Shown here in pieces: positions 27,774-36,053 of a stretch of DNA of 38,635 bases; position 1 is the first letter of the stretch, and each line of letters opens with the position of its first letter. The translations under genes and the position numbers were made by a program. The notes under the pieces are model-generated. The model worked only from the letters and a program-made list of their open reading frames with translations, was not told the DNA's origin and did not search any database. Origin of the DNA: a virus (Duplodnaviria; Caudoviricetes); IMG/VR virus record IMGVR_UViG_3300036793_000011, positions 1 through 38,635 of that record. The stretch is one strand, 5' to 3'.

Positions 27774-28420
27774 TCGGCGGGGACCAATTTCAGGAAGCGC
27801 TCGGTCATCTTGCGTAGGAGCTCCATCGAATTTTTGTGGCCTGCGAGCTCGTCGAGCTCGGCCATCTTGATCAGGTTCGGGATGCCGGTTTCGACGCTGC
27901 GCATGATCTCGTCGCGCGTCGCTTTCCGACCGTGTGCGTACCATTCGATGCGGGTCGGCGTGCCGACGTGAAACAGGAAGCCGCCATCCGGCTCGCGCGC
28001 CATCCGATAGGTCGAAGTGATCCAGACGGCGACCACGCCGGGGTTGCGCGCGATCATGATCCCCGAGGGCGGCTCATGGCCGGGGAGATCGCGCGCGTTG
28101 CGCTTCGCCATCGGCTGCGACAGGAAGGGGCACGAGGTCGCGGCGAAGCGGGCGCAAACGATGTGGTTCGGCGGCTCGGGATTAACTCGCGTGATCCCGC
28201 ACATTGGCCCAAGGACGAACGCCTTCGCGCCGCTGTTCCGGATGCCACATACCCAGCACAGGCCCTCGCGCGCAGCCCGCTCCATCTTGCGCGGATCGAC
28301 CGCCCGAAACTCCGGCTCGCCGTCGATCCATTCCGCGAAGTAGGGGACCGGATACCCGCGCTTTTCGACCCGCAGCGTTTTGATCTGTGTCGGCGCGTCG
28401 GGGAAGCGGCTATCGGTCAA
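27770..28420 (-). CDS. Cys/His-rich conserved phage protein
   Basis: RGYPVPYF, LCWVCG, GPMC and EPPNHIVCARFA...CPFL suggest metal binding. Confidence 0.7.
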   Translation of the reverse strand: MTDSRFPDAPTQIKTLRVEKRGYPVPYFAEWIDGEPEFRAVDPRKMERAAREGLCWVCGIRNSGAKAFVLGPMCGITRVNPEPPNHIVCARFAATSCPFLSQPMAKRNARDLPGHEPPSGIMIARNPGVVAVWITSTYRMAREPDGGFLFHVGTPTRIEWYAHGRKATRDEIMRSVETGIPNLIKMAELDELAGHKNSMELLRKMTERFLKLVPAE

Positions 28421-28782
28421 GCCTCGATCTCCTGGCGCAGCGCTTCGGCGACATGGGCGGGCGCGCGGTAGCCCATCGCGATCAGCCGGTCGACGAGATC
28501 AGCGCACTCGGCGGGGTCGGCGATGTGGAAGGTCTGGCCGTCGTGCGCCAGACCGATCGGCTGGCGCTTCGCGGTCATTACGAAAGCCGTCTGCGCGTTC
28601 GACGACGCGACGAAGCGCTCGATGGCCTCGGGGCTGCGGTCGCCGTCGACAGGCCAGAGCATCGGCGGGATGTCGCCGACGACGCGGTTCCCGGCGACGT
28701 GCACGGTCCAGCCGCCCGCGCTGTCGGCGTACACATACAGGTCGCAGGCGAAGTCATCCGACGACCACCGGCAATAGCTCAC
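28417..28782 (-). CDS. conserved phage hypothetical protein
   Basis: SYCRWSSDDFACDLYVY N-terminus, with overlapping start and stop codons. Confidence 0.7.
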   Translation of the reverse strand: MSYCRWSSDDFACDLYVYADSAGGWTVHVAGNRVVGDIPPMLWPVDGDRSPEAIERFVASSNAQTAFVMTAKRQPIGLAHDGQTFHIADPAECADLVDRLIAMGYRAPAHVAEALRQEIEA

Positions 28783-29039
28783 GGCTCAGGCTCCCCATGC
28801 TCGCTGAGGTATCGGGCTAACTGATCACTCGCTTCTAAGTGTAGCAAGCTCAACGGCGAAACCTTGCAGTACGGCGCGATGCGGATCGCCATGCGCGGCG
28901 TCAGCGAACGCAGCCCGCGCTCGATCTCGCTGATTGTGATCGGCTCGACGCCGACGTCGCGCGCCATCGCGCGGATCGTGTCGCCGCGTTCGCTGCGGCG
29001 AAGCTGGATCATGTCACGCAACGACCAGCCATCGGTCAT
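28779..29039 (-). CDS. XRE/HigA-like HTH protein
   Basis: TIRAMARDVGVEPITISEIERGLRSLTPRMAIRIA. ATG 29039. Confidence 0.8.
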   Translation of the reverse strand: MTDGWSLRDMIQLRRSERGDTIRAMARDVGVEPITISEIERGLRSLTPRMAIRIAPYCKVSPLSLLHLEASDQLARYLSEHGEPEP

Positions 29040-29362
29040 TGCCGTGGGCCGGTCGGGTCCGGAAGCCCGTTTTCGCGGCAGAACTCGACCGCGAATGTCC
29101 GGAGCTCCTTGTCGATCTTGTCCATGCGGTAGAGGTCTTCGACGGTCGGCTCGCTGTCCTCGTCCAGCACGTCGTTGATCGCAGCGAACAGGTGTTGAGC
29201 TCCGGCGAAAAAGGCGTTGCGCATTTCGCGAAGCTGGATGTCGGGCGCTTCGGGGTCGATGGCTGCTAGCCGCAGCCCGATCCACCCGGCCTCGATCAGC
29301 TTGCCGTCGTCGGCGAGGCGGCGCTGCAAGTCGATCAGGGCATCACGATCCAGGGTGGCCAT
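29036..29362 (-). CDS. conserved phage hypothetical protein
   Basis: GKLIEAGW and QLREMRNAFFAGAQHLF motifs. Confidence 0.7.
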   Translation of the reverse strand: MATLDRDALIDLQRRLADDGKLIEAGWIGLRLAAIDPEAPDIQLREMRNAFFAGAQHLFAAINDVLDEDSEPTVEDLYRMDKIDKELRTFAVEFCRENGLPDPTGPRQ

Positions 29363-29594
29363 CGGCGTCCGCCTTCCATGCAAACTCAACTTCGGGAAAC
29401 AGGTGCTCAGCCGCGACCGACACCGCCGCCGCGCAGCCAGGAAAGCCGCCGCCGATCAGCACGCCGACCGCGAGCGCGAGCTCGCTGTCCATGCTCAGCC
29501 GAGCCGCCTTTCCAGCGATCCCGCTGGCGCTCGTCAGCACGGCGCGACGCTCTCGGAACCGACCAAAGCTGGTGTGGATGCTGGCTTCGGTCAC
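29343..29594 (-). CDS. hypothetical protein
   Basis: GTG 29594 overlaps the upstream stop and the ORF fills the gap. Confidence 0.45.
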   Translation of the reverse strand: MTEASIHTSFGRFRERRAVLTSASGIAGKAARLSMDSELALAVGVLIGGGFPGCAAAVSVAAEHLFPEVEFAWKADADGHPGS

Positions 29595-29866
29595 AACCAC
29601 ACCTCCATGATCGCCGGGTCGTCGTTCGGGTCGCGGGTAAGCTGCGACAGCAGGAGCGCGCGCATCGTGTCGCGCAGGCTTTCGAGGCTGCGATCCATGA
29701 GCACGAGGTTGGTCGGCCCGCGCTCGCCGAGCGTGAAGTGCAGGCGGGCGACATAGAAGTCGGGCCAGTCGCTCGGGTGATCGGTCACGACGAACATCGG
29801 CAAGTTGTCGCGCTTCTCCCACAGGAGATGGCCGACTTGCAGGAGATCGTTGTCGCTAAGCGTCAT
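29591..29866 (-). CDS. conserved phage hypothetical protein
   Basis: DHPSDWPDFYVAR and RDPNDDPAIMEVWL motifs. Confidence 0.7.
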   Translation of the reverse strand: MTLSDNDLLQVGHLLWEKRDNLPMFVVTDHPSDWPDFYVARLHFTLGERGPTNLVLMDRSLESLRDTMRALLLSQLTRDPNDDPAIMEVWL

Positions 29867-30138
29867 GGCGAGCCCCACGGCGGCGACTGCGGCGGCGTCA
29901 GCATGAACCGATGCGCCCAGGTCTGCGTGTAGCCGCACACCGGGCAATACCAGCCATCGGCGCGGGCTCTCAGGATGCCGTGATCGCCCTCGTGGTTCGC
30001 CTTCGCGAAAGCGTGGTGGCGCGGCGTGTTGCGATGCGCACAGGTGAACGGGTGCACCCAACCCGTTCGCTGCCACCGATTGAGCGCCTCAACCTCGCTT
30101 GGCGAGAACGGCGCGACGAGCCTGTCGTCGGTGGTCAT
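29863..30138 (-). CDS. zinc-ribbon-like phage protein
   Basis: HPFTC and WYCPVCGYTQTWAH motifs, with an AGGAGG RBS. Confidence 0.7.
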   Translation of the reverse strand: MTTDDRLVAPFSPSEVEALNRWQRTGWVHPFTCAHRNTPRHHAFAKANHEGDHGILRARADGWYCPVCGYTQTWAHRFMLTPPQSPPWGSP

Positions 30139-30159
30139 GGTGACGCCCCTCCTACATGA

Positions 30160-30432
30160 TCAATCGTCCGGTCTGACAGGTGGTGGATCAGCCGGGTCGG
30201 GTTCTGGTTGGCCCCCTAAGAATAACCGCAGTTTGTTGAGCGCCTCGCGCGCCGTGTCGTCGTGCTCGACGGCGAACGCTGCGCAGCGCTGCCACATGGT
30301 CGGCGGCGCACCGGGCGGCAGACACCGCCCGGCGATCTGCCACTGGACCGACGCGCGCACCGACTTGATCCCGAGCTCCAAAGCTTCGAGCGCTTCGAGC
30401 GCGGTGATCTCGGCGGGCGCGTCGTCAGTCAT
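30160..30432 (-). CDS. hypothetical protein
   Basis: ATGA overlap with the upstream gene. Confidence 0.55.
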   Translation of the reverse strand: MTDDAPAEITALEALEALELGIKSVRASVQWQIAGRCLPPGAPPTMWQRCAAFAVEHDDTAREALNKLRLFLGGQPEPDPADPPPVRPDD

Positions 30433-31595
30433 GCGACGGCTCGGTTTTCGACCTTGTAAGGCGCGGGGGGAAACGACACCCCACGCTCACGCCGCCAGAA
30501 CTGGATCGTGGCTTTGACGAACGCGCGCGACATCCCGACTTCCTTGCTGATCCAGATCGGATGCCAGCCGGAGGCGCGAAGATCGCGGACCCGGAGGCGC
30601 ATGTCCTCGAAGCGGGCGACAGTCGGGAAGCCCCAATGTTCCGCCGCCGCCTGCTTGGCCGCATCGCCGGGTCGCGACGAATTGGGCCGTGCGGGCTCAG
30701 GGGCGGCGCTGGGCGGGCTTTCCGGCTCCGGCTCGACGTCGACAGCGTCGTCGGCGTCAGCGGCCTCTACGGGCGTTTTTTCGCGATCTCGCGCTTCGGC
30801 CATGAGGACGTCGATCCGCCCGCGACCGACGCGCGTCAGCAAGCCGTAAACATCGTAGGACGTGATGTTCATCGACAGCGAGATTTCGGTCGGCGACTGG
30901 CCTTCGGCGGACCGCCGGAGGATTTCATACCGGCGCTCGATCAGCGCTTGCAGCGTCAGGCCCTTGCGCGCGGCGGCGTTCGCCATCGTCGAGAACGTGC
31001 GCCGGTCGAGCGGTCCAATGGCGGCGAGCGAGCCCTTCGCGTCCTCCGAGAAGGCGGGCAAGATCGACGGGTTTGTCCAGATCGGCGACGCCGGGTCTTC
31101 CCACCAGTACGGCGGCGGCGGGACCGGGAAGCGGTCGATGTTCATCCGGACGCCCTTGCGCGACTTCGCCGCCGCTTTCGCCTTCTCACCGTCGCCGGGG
31201 AAGACGAGCCCGCCCTCGCGTCGAGCCTTCGCCATAAGCCGCTTCACCAGCGCGACGCTCACGCCCATGTCGACGGCGATGGTGTCGGGGTCTTCGCCGC
31301 GCACGGCGCGCTCGACGATCTGGCCTTCGGCGCTGGTCGAGCTCAGCCCTTCGGCGAACGGGCTGGATAGCGCTGGCGCTGGCGGCGGATAGATACCGAC
31401 GACGCGCGCCGTGTGCGCATCCATCGACGCCGGGCCGGGTGGTCGCCAGCCGGAGTTTTCGGCGAGCATGCGCGCGTGGTGCACGATGCTGTCGCGCAGC
31501 GGGCCGGGCGGGATCGCCGAGAACGCGTCGACGAGCTCAGCCGCGCCGGGCAACACCATGAATTGAGCGAGCCGGAGAGGGTCAATGCCGGACAT
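30429..31595 (-). CDS. multi-HTH DNA-binding protein
   Basis: Three HTH-like segments: GEDPDTIAVDMGVSVALVK, GQSPTEISLSMNITSYDVY and GWHPIWISKEVGMSRAFVK. AGGAGG RBS. Confidence 0.6.
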   Translation of the reverse strand: MSGIDPLRLAQFMVLPGAAELVDAFSAIPPGPLRDSIVHHARMLAENSGWRPPGPASMDAHTARVVGIYPPPAPALSSPFAEGLSSTSAEGQIVERAVRGEDPDTIAVDMGVSVALVKRLMAKARREGGLVFPGDGEKAKAAAKSRKGVRMNIDRFPVPPPPYWWEDPASPIWTNPSILPAFSEDAKGSLAAIGPLDRRTFSTMANAAARKGLTLQALIERRYEILRRSAEGQSPTEISLSMNITSYDVYGLLTRVGRGRIDVLMAEARDREKTPVEAADADDAVDVEPEPESPPSAAPEPARPNSSRPGDAAKQAAAEHWGFPTVARFEDMRLRVRDLRASGWHPIWISKEVGMSRAFVKATIQFWRRERGVSFPPAPYKVENRAVA

Positions 31596-31980
31596 AGGCG
31601 CGGGCCTCCTGTGCGCGCGGCGTCGGCTTCTGCACGGACGGCGCGGGCTGCGCGTCCTTCTGGCTGAGCGGAGCCCACGTCTTAGAGTAGCCGCACGCCA
31701 AAGCTACAATCGTCATGGTGTAGTTCTGTGGTCGTCGCACGCCGCCGTACAGCCAATTCATGACTGTATAGCGGGAGACTTTGTGTCCGAGTTTCTCGGT
31801 TTCGTGTTCGACGTCTTCGGGACTAAACCCAGCTTCGCCGATCAGAGCAACAATAAGGTCCATGTCCGGGTCCTTATCGAGCCAGTTATATTTCAAGTAA
31901 TTCGGCGTGGATGGAATAAAGTTCGGACGTCTAGGCGCGGGCTGTGTGGCCTGCGACTTGTATGGTTTCTTTTCCGACAA
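31582..31980 (-). CDS. putative HTH protein
   Basis: VSRYTVMNWLYGGVRRPQNYT resembles an XRE recognition helix. AAGGAG RBS, lower GC. Confidence 0.6.
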   Translation of the reverse strand: MSEKKPYKSQATQPAPRRPNFIPSTPNYLKYNWLDKDPDMDLIVALIGEAGFSPEDVEHETEKLGHKVSRYTVMNWLYGGVRRPQNYTMTIVALACGYSKTWAPLSQKDAQPAPSVQKPTPRAQEARAYVRH

Positions 31981-32081
31981 CTGTGTCGCTCCTTGATACA
32001 GGTGCGAAACTTCGCCCCTTGCTATCAGCGCTCAATTCACGCCTGTTTGCAACCCTGCATAGCTGACTGGTTGCATGTGCC

Positions 32082-32285
32082 ATGATCTTCGCATGGTCCC
32101 GCGAGAGCGGCGCGTGGGAGCTCCTCGCCGACACCGGAGAGTTGCTCGGTCGCGCGTGGTCGTTGGGTGGCGGGGTCTTCCAGGCGGAAATGACGGAGCT
32201 CGTCGGGCGGACGAACGCCACCGCGACGAGCCTCGCGGCGCTGCAAAACTGGATGATGAACAAGGCGGCTGGGATCGCGACATGA
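32082..32285 (+). CDS. hypothetical protein (67 aa)
   Basis: First gene of the plus-strand island, ATGA-coupled to the GcrA-like gene. Confidence 0.6.
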   Translation: MIFAWSRESGAWELLADTGELLGRAWSLGGGVFQAEMTELVGRTNATATSLAALQNWMMNKAAGIAT

Positions 32286-32488
32286 AACCGTTGAAGCCTG
32301 CGCCGACGAGCGCCGAAGTGTCGACCGTGCCGGGTGTGCCGTTCGGATCGCCGGGCTGCAAGTGGCCGGTCGGCGGCGCGGGGGCCGACATGCTGGTCTG
32401 CGGCGCTCAGCGCGACGGGACCAAGCCGTACTGCGTCGAGCACGTCGAGCGCGCCTATTCCGGCGGTGGTGCGAAAGCTCGCACCTGA
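32282..32488 (+). CDS. GcrA C-terminal-domain-like protein (68 aa)
   Basis: CKWPVG...CG...KPYCVEHVERAY matches the GcrA C-terminal signature. No N-terminal HTH is present. Confidence 0.75.
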   Translation: MKPLKPAPTSAEVSTVPGVPFGSPGCKWPVGGAGADMLVCGAQRDGTKPYCVEHVERAYSGGGAKART

Positions 32489-32550
32489 CGGTTGAGCGGG
32501 GAAGGCGCTACCCTGGCGATGCTGTTCAACCCCCAACCGTGAGCCGTCCC

Positions 32551-33066
32551 ATGAAAGCCCTCGCAGTCGCTTTGGCCGCTTCCGTTCTCGCGTTCGCTGG
32601 CGTGGCGCGCGCCACCACCTTCATCGACGAGAGCGGTCCCGCTGCGGACGGCTCGCTGTCGTGGGACCTGGGCGACGACGGCGGCATCCCGCTCGGCAAC
32701 TTCATTGAAGATTTCACCCTGACGCTTCCGGCTGACGGCTTCACCGCCGCCGGGGTCGAGGCGACCTTCACCAGCCCGTCGAACGATCTCACTTTCTCGC
32801 TGGTCACGCTGGGCGGCTTGCCGTTCTCGTTGCTCAGCCTGCCGAGCGAGAACCTCGGCAACTTCCCTGCGCACGTCTTCGCGGGCGGGCCGATCACGCT
32901 CGAAGTGCAAGGCCACAGCCCCGGCCCGGCGGCGAGCTATGACGGTCACGTCACCTTCACGCCGGTCGCCGTGCCTGAGCCTGCCTCCTGGGCGCTCATG
33001 ATCCTCGGCTTCGGCGCGACCGGCGCGCTCCTGCGCCACCGCCGCCGGGCTGTCACTTTCGCGTGA
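32551..33066 (+). CDS. PEP-CTERM (PEPxxWA type) exported protein
   Basis: Signal peptide MKALAVALAASVLAFAGVARA, an FIEDF segment, and C-terminal VPEPASWALMILGFGATGALLRHRRR (motif, TM helix, basic tail). Confidence 0.92.
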   Translation: MKALAVALAASVLAFAGVARATTFIDESGPAADGSLSWDLGDDGGIPLGNFIEDFTLTLPADGFTAAGVEATFTSPSNDLTFSLVTLGGLPFSLLSLPSENLGNFPAHVFAGGPITLEVQGHSPGPAASYDGHVTFTPVAVPEPASWALMILGFGATGALLRHRRRAVTFA

Positions 33067-33461
33067 CGGCGATCTTCGTCTTCGGCTCCAACCTCGCCGG
33101 GCGGCACGGCAAGGGCGCGGCGCTGTGGGCGCGAGAGCATCGCGGCGCGATCTACGGCCAAGGTGAGGGATTGCAGGGCGACAGCTACGCGATCCCCACC
33201 AAGGACGGGCGCAACGGAGCCAGTCTCAGCGGCCCGCAAGCGCGCCTGTCGCTGATCGAGATCAACCGCGCCGTGGTGCGCTTCCTGATCTTTGCCGACG
33301 ACCACCCCGAGCTCGACTTCGAGGTGACGACTATCGGCTGCGGTCTGGCGGGCTACCTGCCACGCGAGATCGCGCCGATGTTCCGGATCGCCGGTCCGAA
33401 CGTGCGTCTGCCAGACGCATTCAAGGCCGTGTTGAACCGCGACACGCCGTTGACCGCCTAG
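33063..33461 (+). CDS. macrodomain-like phage protein (A1S_2505-like)
   Basis: IFVFGSNLAGRHGKGAA, GEGLQGDSYAIPTK and VTTIGCGLAGY motifs. Confidence 0.8.
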   Translation: MTAIFVFGSNLAGRHGKGAALWAREHRGAIYGQGEGLQGDSYAIPTKDGRNGASLSGPQARLSLIEINRAVVRFLIFADDHPELDFEVTTIGCGLAGYLPREIAPMFRIAGPNVRLPDAFKAVLNRDTPLTA

Positions 33462-33520
33462 CGCGACCGGCGGACAATCGAGCTCCCGCTCAGACGGTCC
33501 AGTCCTGCGGGGTCACACGA

Positions 33521-33769
33521 CTAAGCCCGGCGCGCGAAGCTATCCCCCAATGACGAGCTCCCCAGCGCGTCGGGCTTTTTTCCACAGACGCGATGCGACT
33601 TGATCGTCGTCGACGGCGCGACGTCGGGCTGGCGCTTGATCTCGACGCTGCGCTCGGTCGAGCACTCAGGCCGGTCGATGATGACAACGGTGGTGCACGA
33701 CGTCAGGACGAGCGCCGCCACCGCGACGGCGAGCGCGATCAGCGCGGCGATCAGATGGCCCCATTTCAC
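33521..33769 (-). CDS. putative lipoprotein
   Basis: Basic N-terminus, hydrophobic stretch and lipobox-like LTS-C. GTGA overlap. Confidence 0.5.
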   Translation of the reverse strand: MKWGHLIAALIALAVAVAALVLTSCTTVVIIDRPECSTERSVEIKRQPDVAPSTTIKSHRVCGKKPDALGSSSLGDSFARRA

Positions 33770-33999
33770 GGCGTCGGCGCATAGCGGTAGGTCTGGCCGC
33801 TCTCACCGGGAAAAAGGCTGTCGGAAGTGACCAGCAGGCCAAGGCGTTCCAGTTTTGCGCAGACGTTCGCCGCTGCGAGTTTCCCGGTTTCGGGGTAGGT
33901 CCAGAATGCGCCGTGGCGGGCTTCCGCGCTCGCCGTTTTCAGCACGACCGCGCCAGCTTTCAGCCGCTTAGCCGTCACGTTGCGCTCACGTTTCGCCAT
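33766..33999 (-). CDS. hypothetical protein (77 aa)
   Basis: ATG 33999 with GAGGAG upstream. Winged-helix-like KLERLGLLV...GQTYRY. Confidence 0.55.
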   Translation of the reverse strand: MAKRERNVTAKRLKAGAVVLKTASAEARHGAFWTYPETGKLAAANVCAKLERLGLLVTSDSLFPGESGQTYRYAPTP

Positions 34000-34030
34000 C
34001 GCACCCGAGCTCCTCTGTTCTCGGTTTGTG

Positions 34031-34187
34031 CAAACTTTCACGCGCCCCCTCTATATAGGGGTGAAAGTTTTGAAAGTTTGCCGTTCATAATTGGGTCAAC
34101 CCGTTGGATTTACTGGGCGAATAGAAACTTTCACTCAAACTTTCATGGCCTTTCAAACGGGGCGTTTCGGGCCTTCGTGAAAGTTTG
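34031..34187. other. putative replication origin (iteron array)
   Basis: Six TGAAAGTTT copies in both orientations in an AT-rich gap directly after the primase-helicase stop. Confidence 0.75.
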
Positions 34188-34190
34188 GGC

Positions 34191-36038
34191 TCACTCATCG
34201 TCGCCGTCGTCTTCCGGAGGCTCTTGCCGCGACCGGCCAGGGCCGAAGCTGACGACCGTGTGGTCGGCGTCGCCGTCGACGCTGGGGAGCGCGTACTTGC
34301 CGCGCCCGATGCGCGTCACCTGACCGGCGTTCGCCATCCGGAAAAGGTTCATGTCGACCGTGCTGCGTTTCAACCCGGCTTGCGCTGCGATCTCGCTCGG
34401 CGTGAGCGGCCACGGTGCGTCGCGTAAGTGCGCGATGATCTTCGCCTTGACGCCGTTCTCCCGCGTCTCCTCGATGTCGCCGAGCATGCGCCAGACGCAG
34501 GCGTCCTTGTCGAACTTGATCGCGTGCTCAAACTCCTCGATGTCGCGCCCGCGCCCTTTCAGGATCGTCGAGCCGTCGCCCTGTCGTTCCAGCACGATCA
34601 CCGCGTCGCACCCGCCGGTCAGGCCGTTCGTGCCGCTGATGCTTTCGAGATAGTCCTCGGCGACGGTCTTCCGGGTGTGGTGGATCAGGACGATGGCGAT
34701 CCCGCGATCCTGCGCGATGCGCTGCAACGTCGTCGCCGACCGATAATCGTAGCTGTAAGGGTCCTCGTCCCGACCGCGCTCCGGTCGGATGTAATTCAGG
34801 GTGTCGATCACCACGAGCCGGGCGTCGGGGTGCTCGTCGAGCCACTCGCGCAGAGCTTCCTCGCAACCGCAGCCGAGCCGTTGAAGGTCCGGACCGAACC
34901 AGACGTCGAGCCGGTGTGGCGGGCCGTCGCGCAACTGGCAGACGGTCCGCAGCCGGGCCTTCATCCGGCGCGCGCTGTCTTCGAGTGCGCAGTAAAGCAC
35001 GTCACCTTGAACGCAGCGCCGATCCCCCAGGCAGTAGCCGCCGTAGGCGACCGTCGTGCACAGGTCGAGCGCCAGCCAACTCTTGCCGCGCTTCGGCGCT
35101 CCGGCGATCAGCGTCAGCCCCTCGGCGATGATGTCGGGGACCGCGAACTTGACCGGCGGGAAGTCCATCTCCCAGAGCTCGGAGGCGGTGTGTCCGCGCG
35201 CTGGCGGGCCGACGCGAAGGTCTTGGATCGACATCGCGTCGCCGCCTCTGTCGAGCCAGTCGACCACGTCGCCGCCGGGTAGCAGGCCGGGCAGGTTGAT
35301 CACCTTCAACGACGCCGCGACGTTGATCAGGTTCATGCGCACTTGCTCGGCGTGCTTGCGCCCCGGCTCGTCGTTGTCGGCCAGGATCACGACGTCGGCG
35401 CTCTCGAAGTAGGTCGCGAAGTGCTTCGGCCATTTCCCCGCGCCGCCGGGTGAGCATGTCGCCGGTCGACCGTGCAGCCACAGCCGGTTCGCCGCCTTCT
35501 CGCCCTCGACGATGAACACCGTCTGTCCCTTGCCGATGGCTTCGATGATGTCGGGCAATCGGAACGGGACCTTGGCGAGCTCGCTGATCCCGCCCCACGT
35601 CCAGCCCGCGCCGTCCGGTCGTTGCTGAGCGAACGACTTCGGCTCGCGGTAGCGGCTGACCAGCAGCACCGGGGAGCCCTCGGCGTCGTCGTAGCGGTAT
35701 TTCTCGACGAGCTCGCCCTTGCGCGGGCCGTGCGCTTTGCCGTTGCCCTTGCCGTTCGGCTTCCAGCCAGGGAGCCCGACCATCTCGCGAACGAAGTCGC
35801 GTAACATCGGCCCGTCGTCGTCGGCTGGGCTGAAAGTCTGCACCCGGAACCCCTCGGGCGCATCGGCGTCGAACCGCACCAGCAGACTGTCGTCGGCGAG
35901 GCTGTGACCGGGACCAGGGCAGCGGATGCACGCCTCGCCGTGCTCGTCTCGATCTATCCGACCGTGAAGCTTGCTGGCCCAATCTGAGATCGACGACCGA
36001 TCAACGACATACCCGCTCCCGCCGTCGCTCTCAGGCAT
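34191..36038 (-). CDS. TOPRIM primase / AAA_25 (RepA-like) helicase fusion
   Basis: N-terminal CPGPGH...SL, TOPRIM VFIVEGEK and LADNDEPG, Walker A GAPKRGKS, LVVIDTL, LIHHTRK and a C-terminal winged helix. Confidence 0.9.
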   Translation of the reverse strand: MPESDGGSGYVVDRSSISDWASKLHGRIDRDEHGEACIRCPGPGHSLADDSLLVRFDADAPEGFRVQTFSPADDDGPMLRDFVREMVGLPGWKPNGKGNGKAHGPRKGELVEKYRYDDAEGSPVLLVSRYREPKSFAQQRPDGAGWTWGGISELAKVPFRLPDIIEAIGKGQTVFIVEGEKAANRLWLHGRPATCSPGGAGKWPKHFATYFESADVVILADNDEPGRKHAEQVRMNLINVAASLKVINLPGLLPGGDVVDWLDRGGDAMSIQDLRVGPPARGHTASELWEMDFPPVKFAVPDIIAEGLTLIAGAPKRGKSWLALDLCTTVAYGGYCLGDRRCVQGDVLYCALEDSARRMKARLRTVCQLRDGPPHRLDVWFGPDLQRLGCGCEEALREWLDEHPDARLVVIDTLNYIRPERGRDEDPYSYDYRSATTLQRIAQDRGIAIVLIHHTRKTVAEDYLESISGTNGLTGGCDAVIVLERQGDGSTILKGRGRDIEEFEHAIKFDKDACVWRMLGDIEETRENGVKAKIIAHLRDAPWPLTPSEIAAQAGLKRSTVDMNLFRMANAGQVTRIGRGKYALPSVDGDADHTVVSFGPGRSRQEPPEDDGDDE

Positions 36039-36053
36039 GGCGCAACCCCTTAG

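Noticed and set aside
33521-33769. Spanin / lysis cassette
   Set aside because: The lipobox-like motif has no adjacent endolysin, holin or inner-membrane spanin, and the gene lies in the early region.
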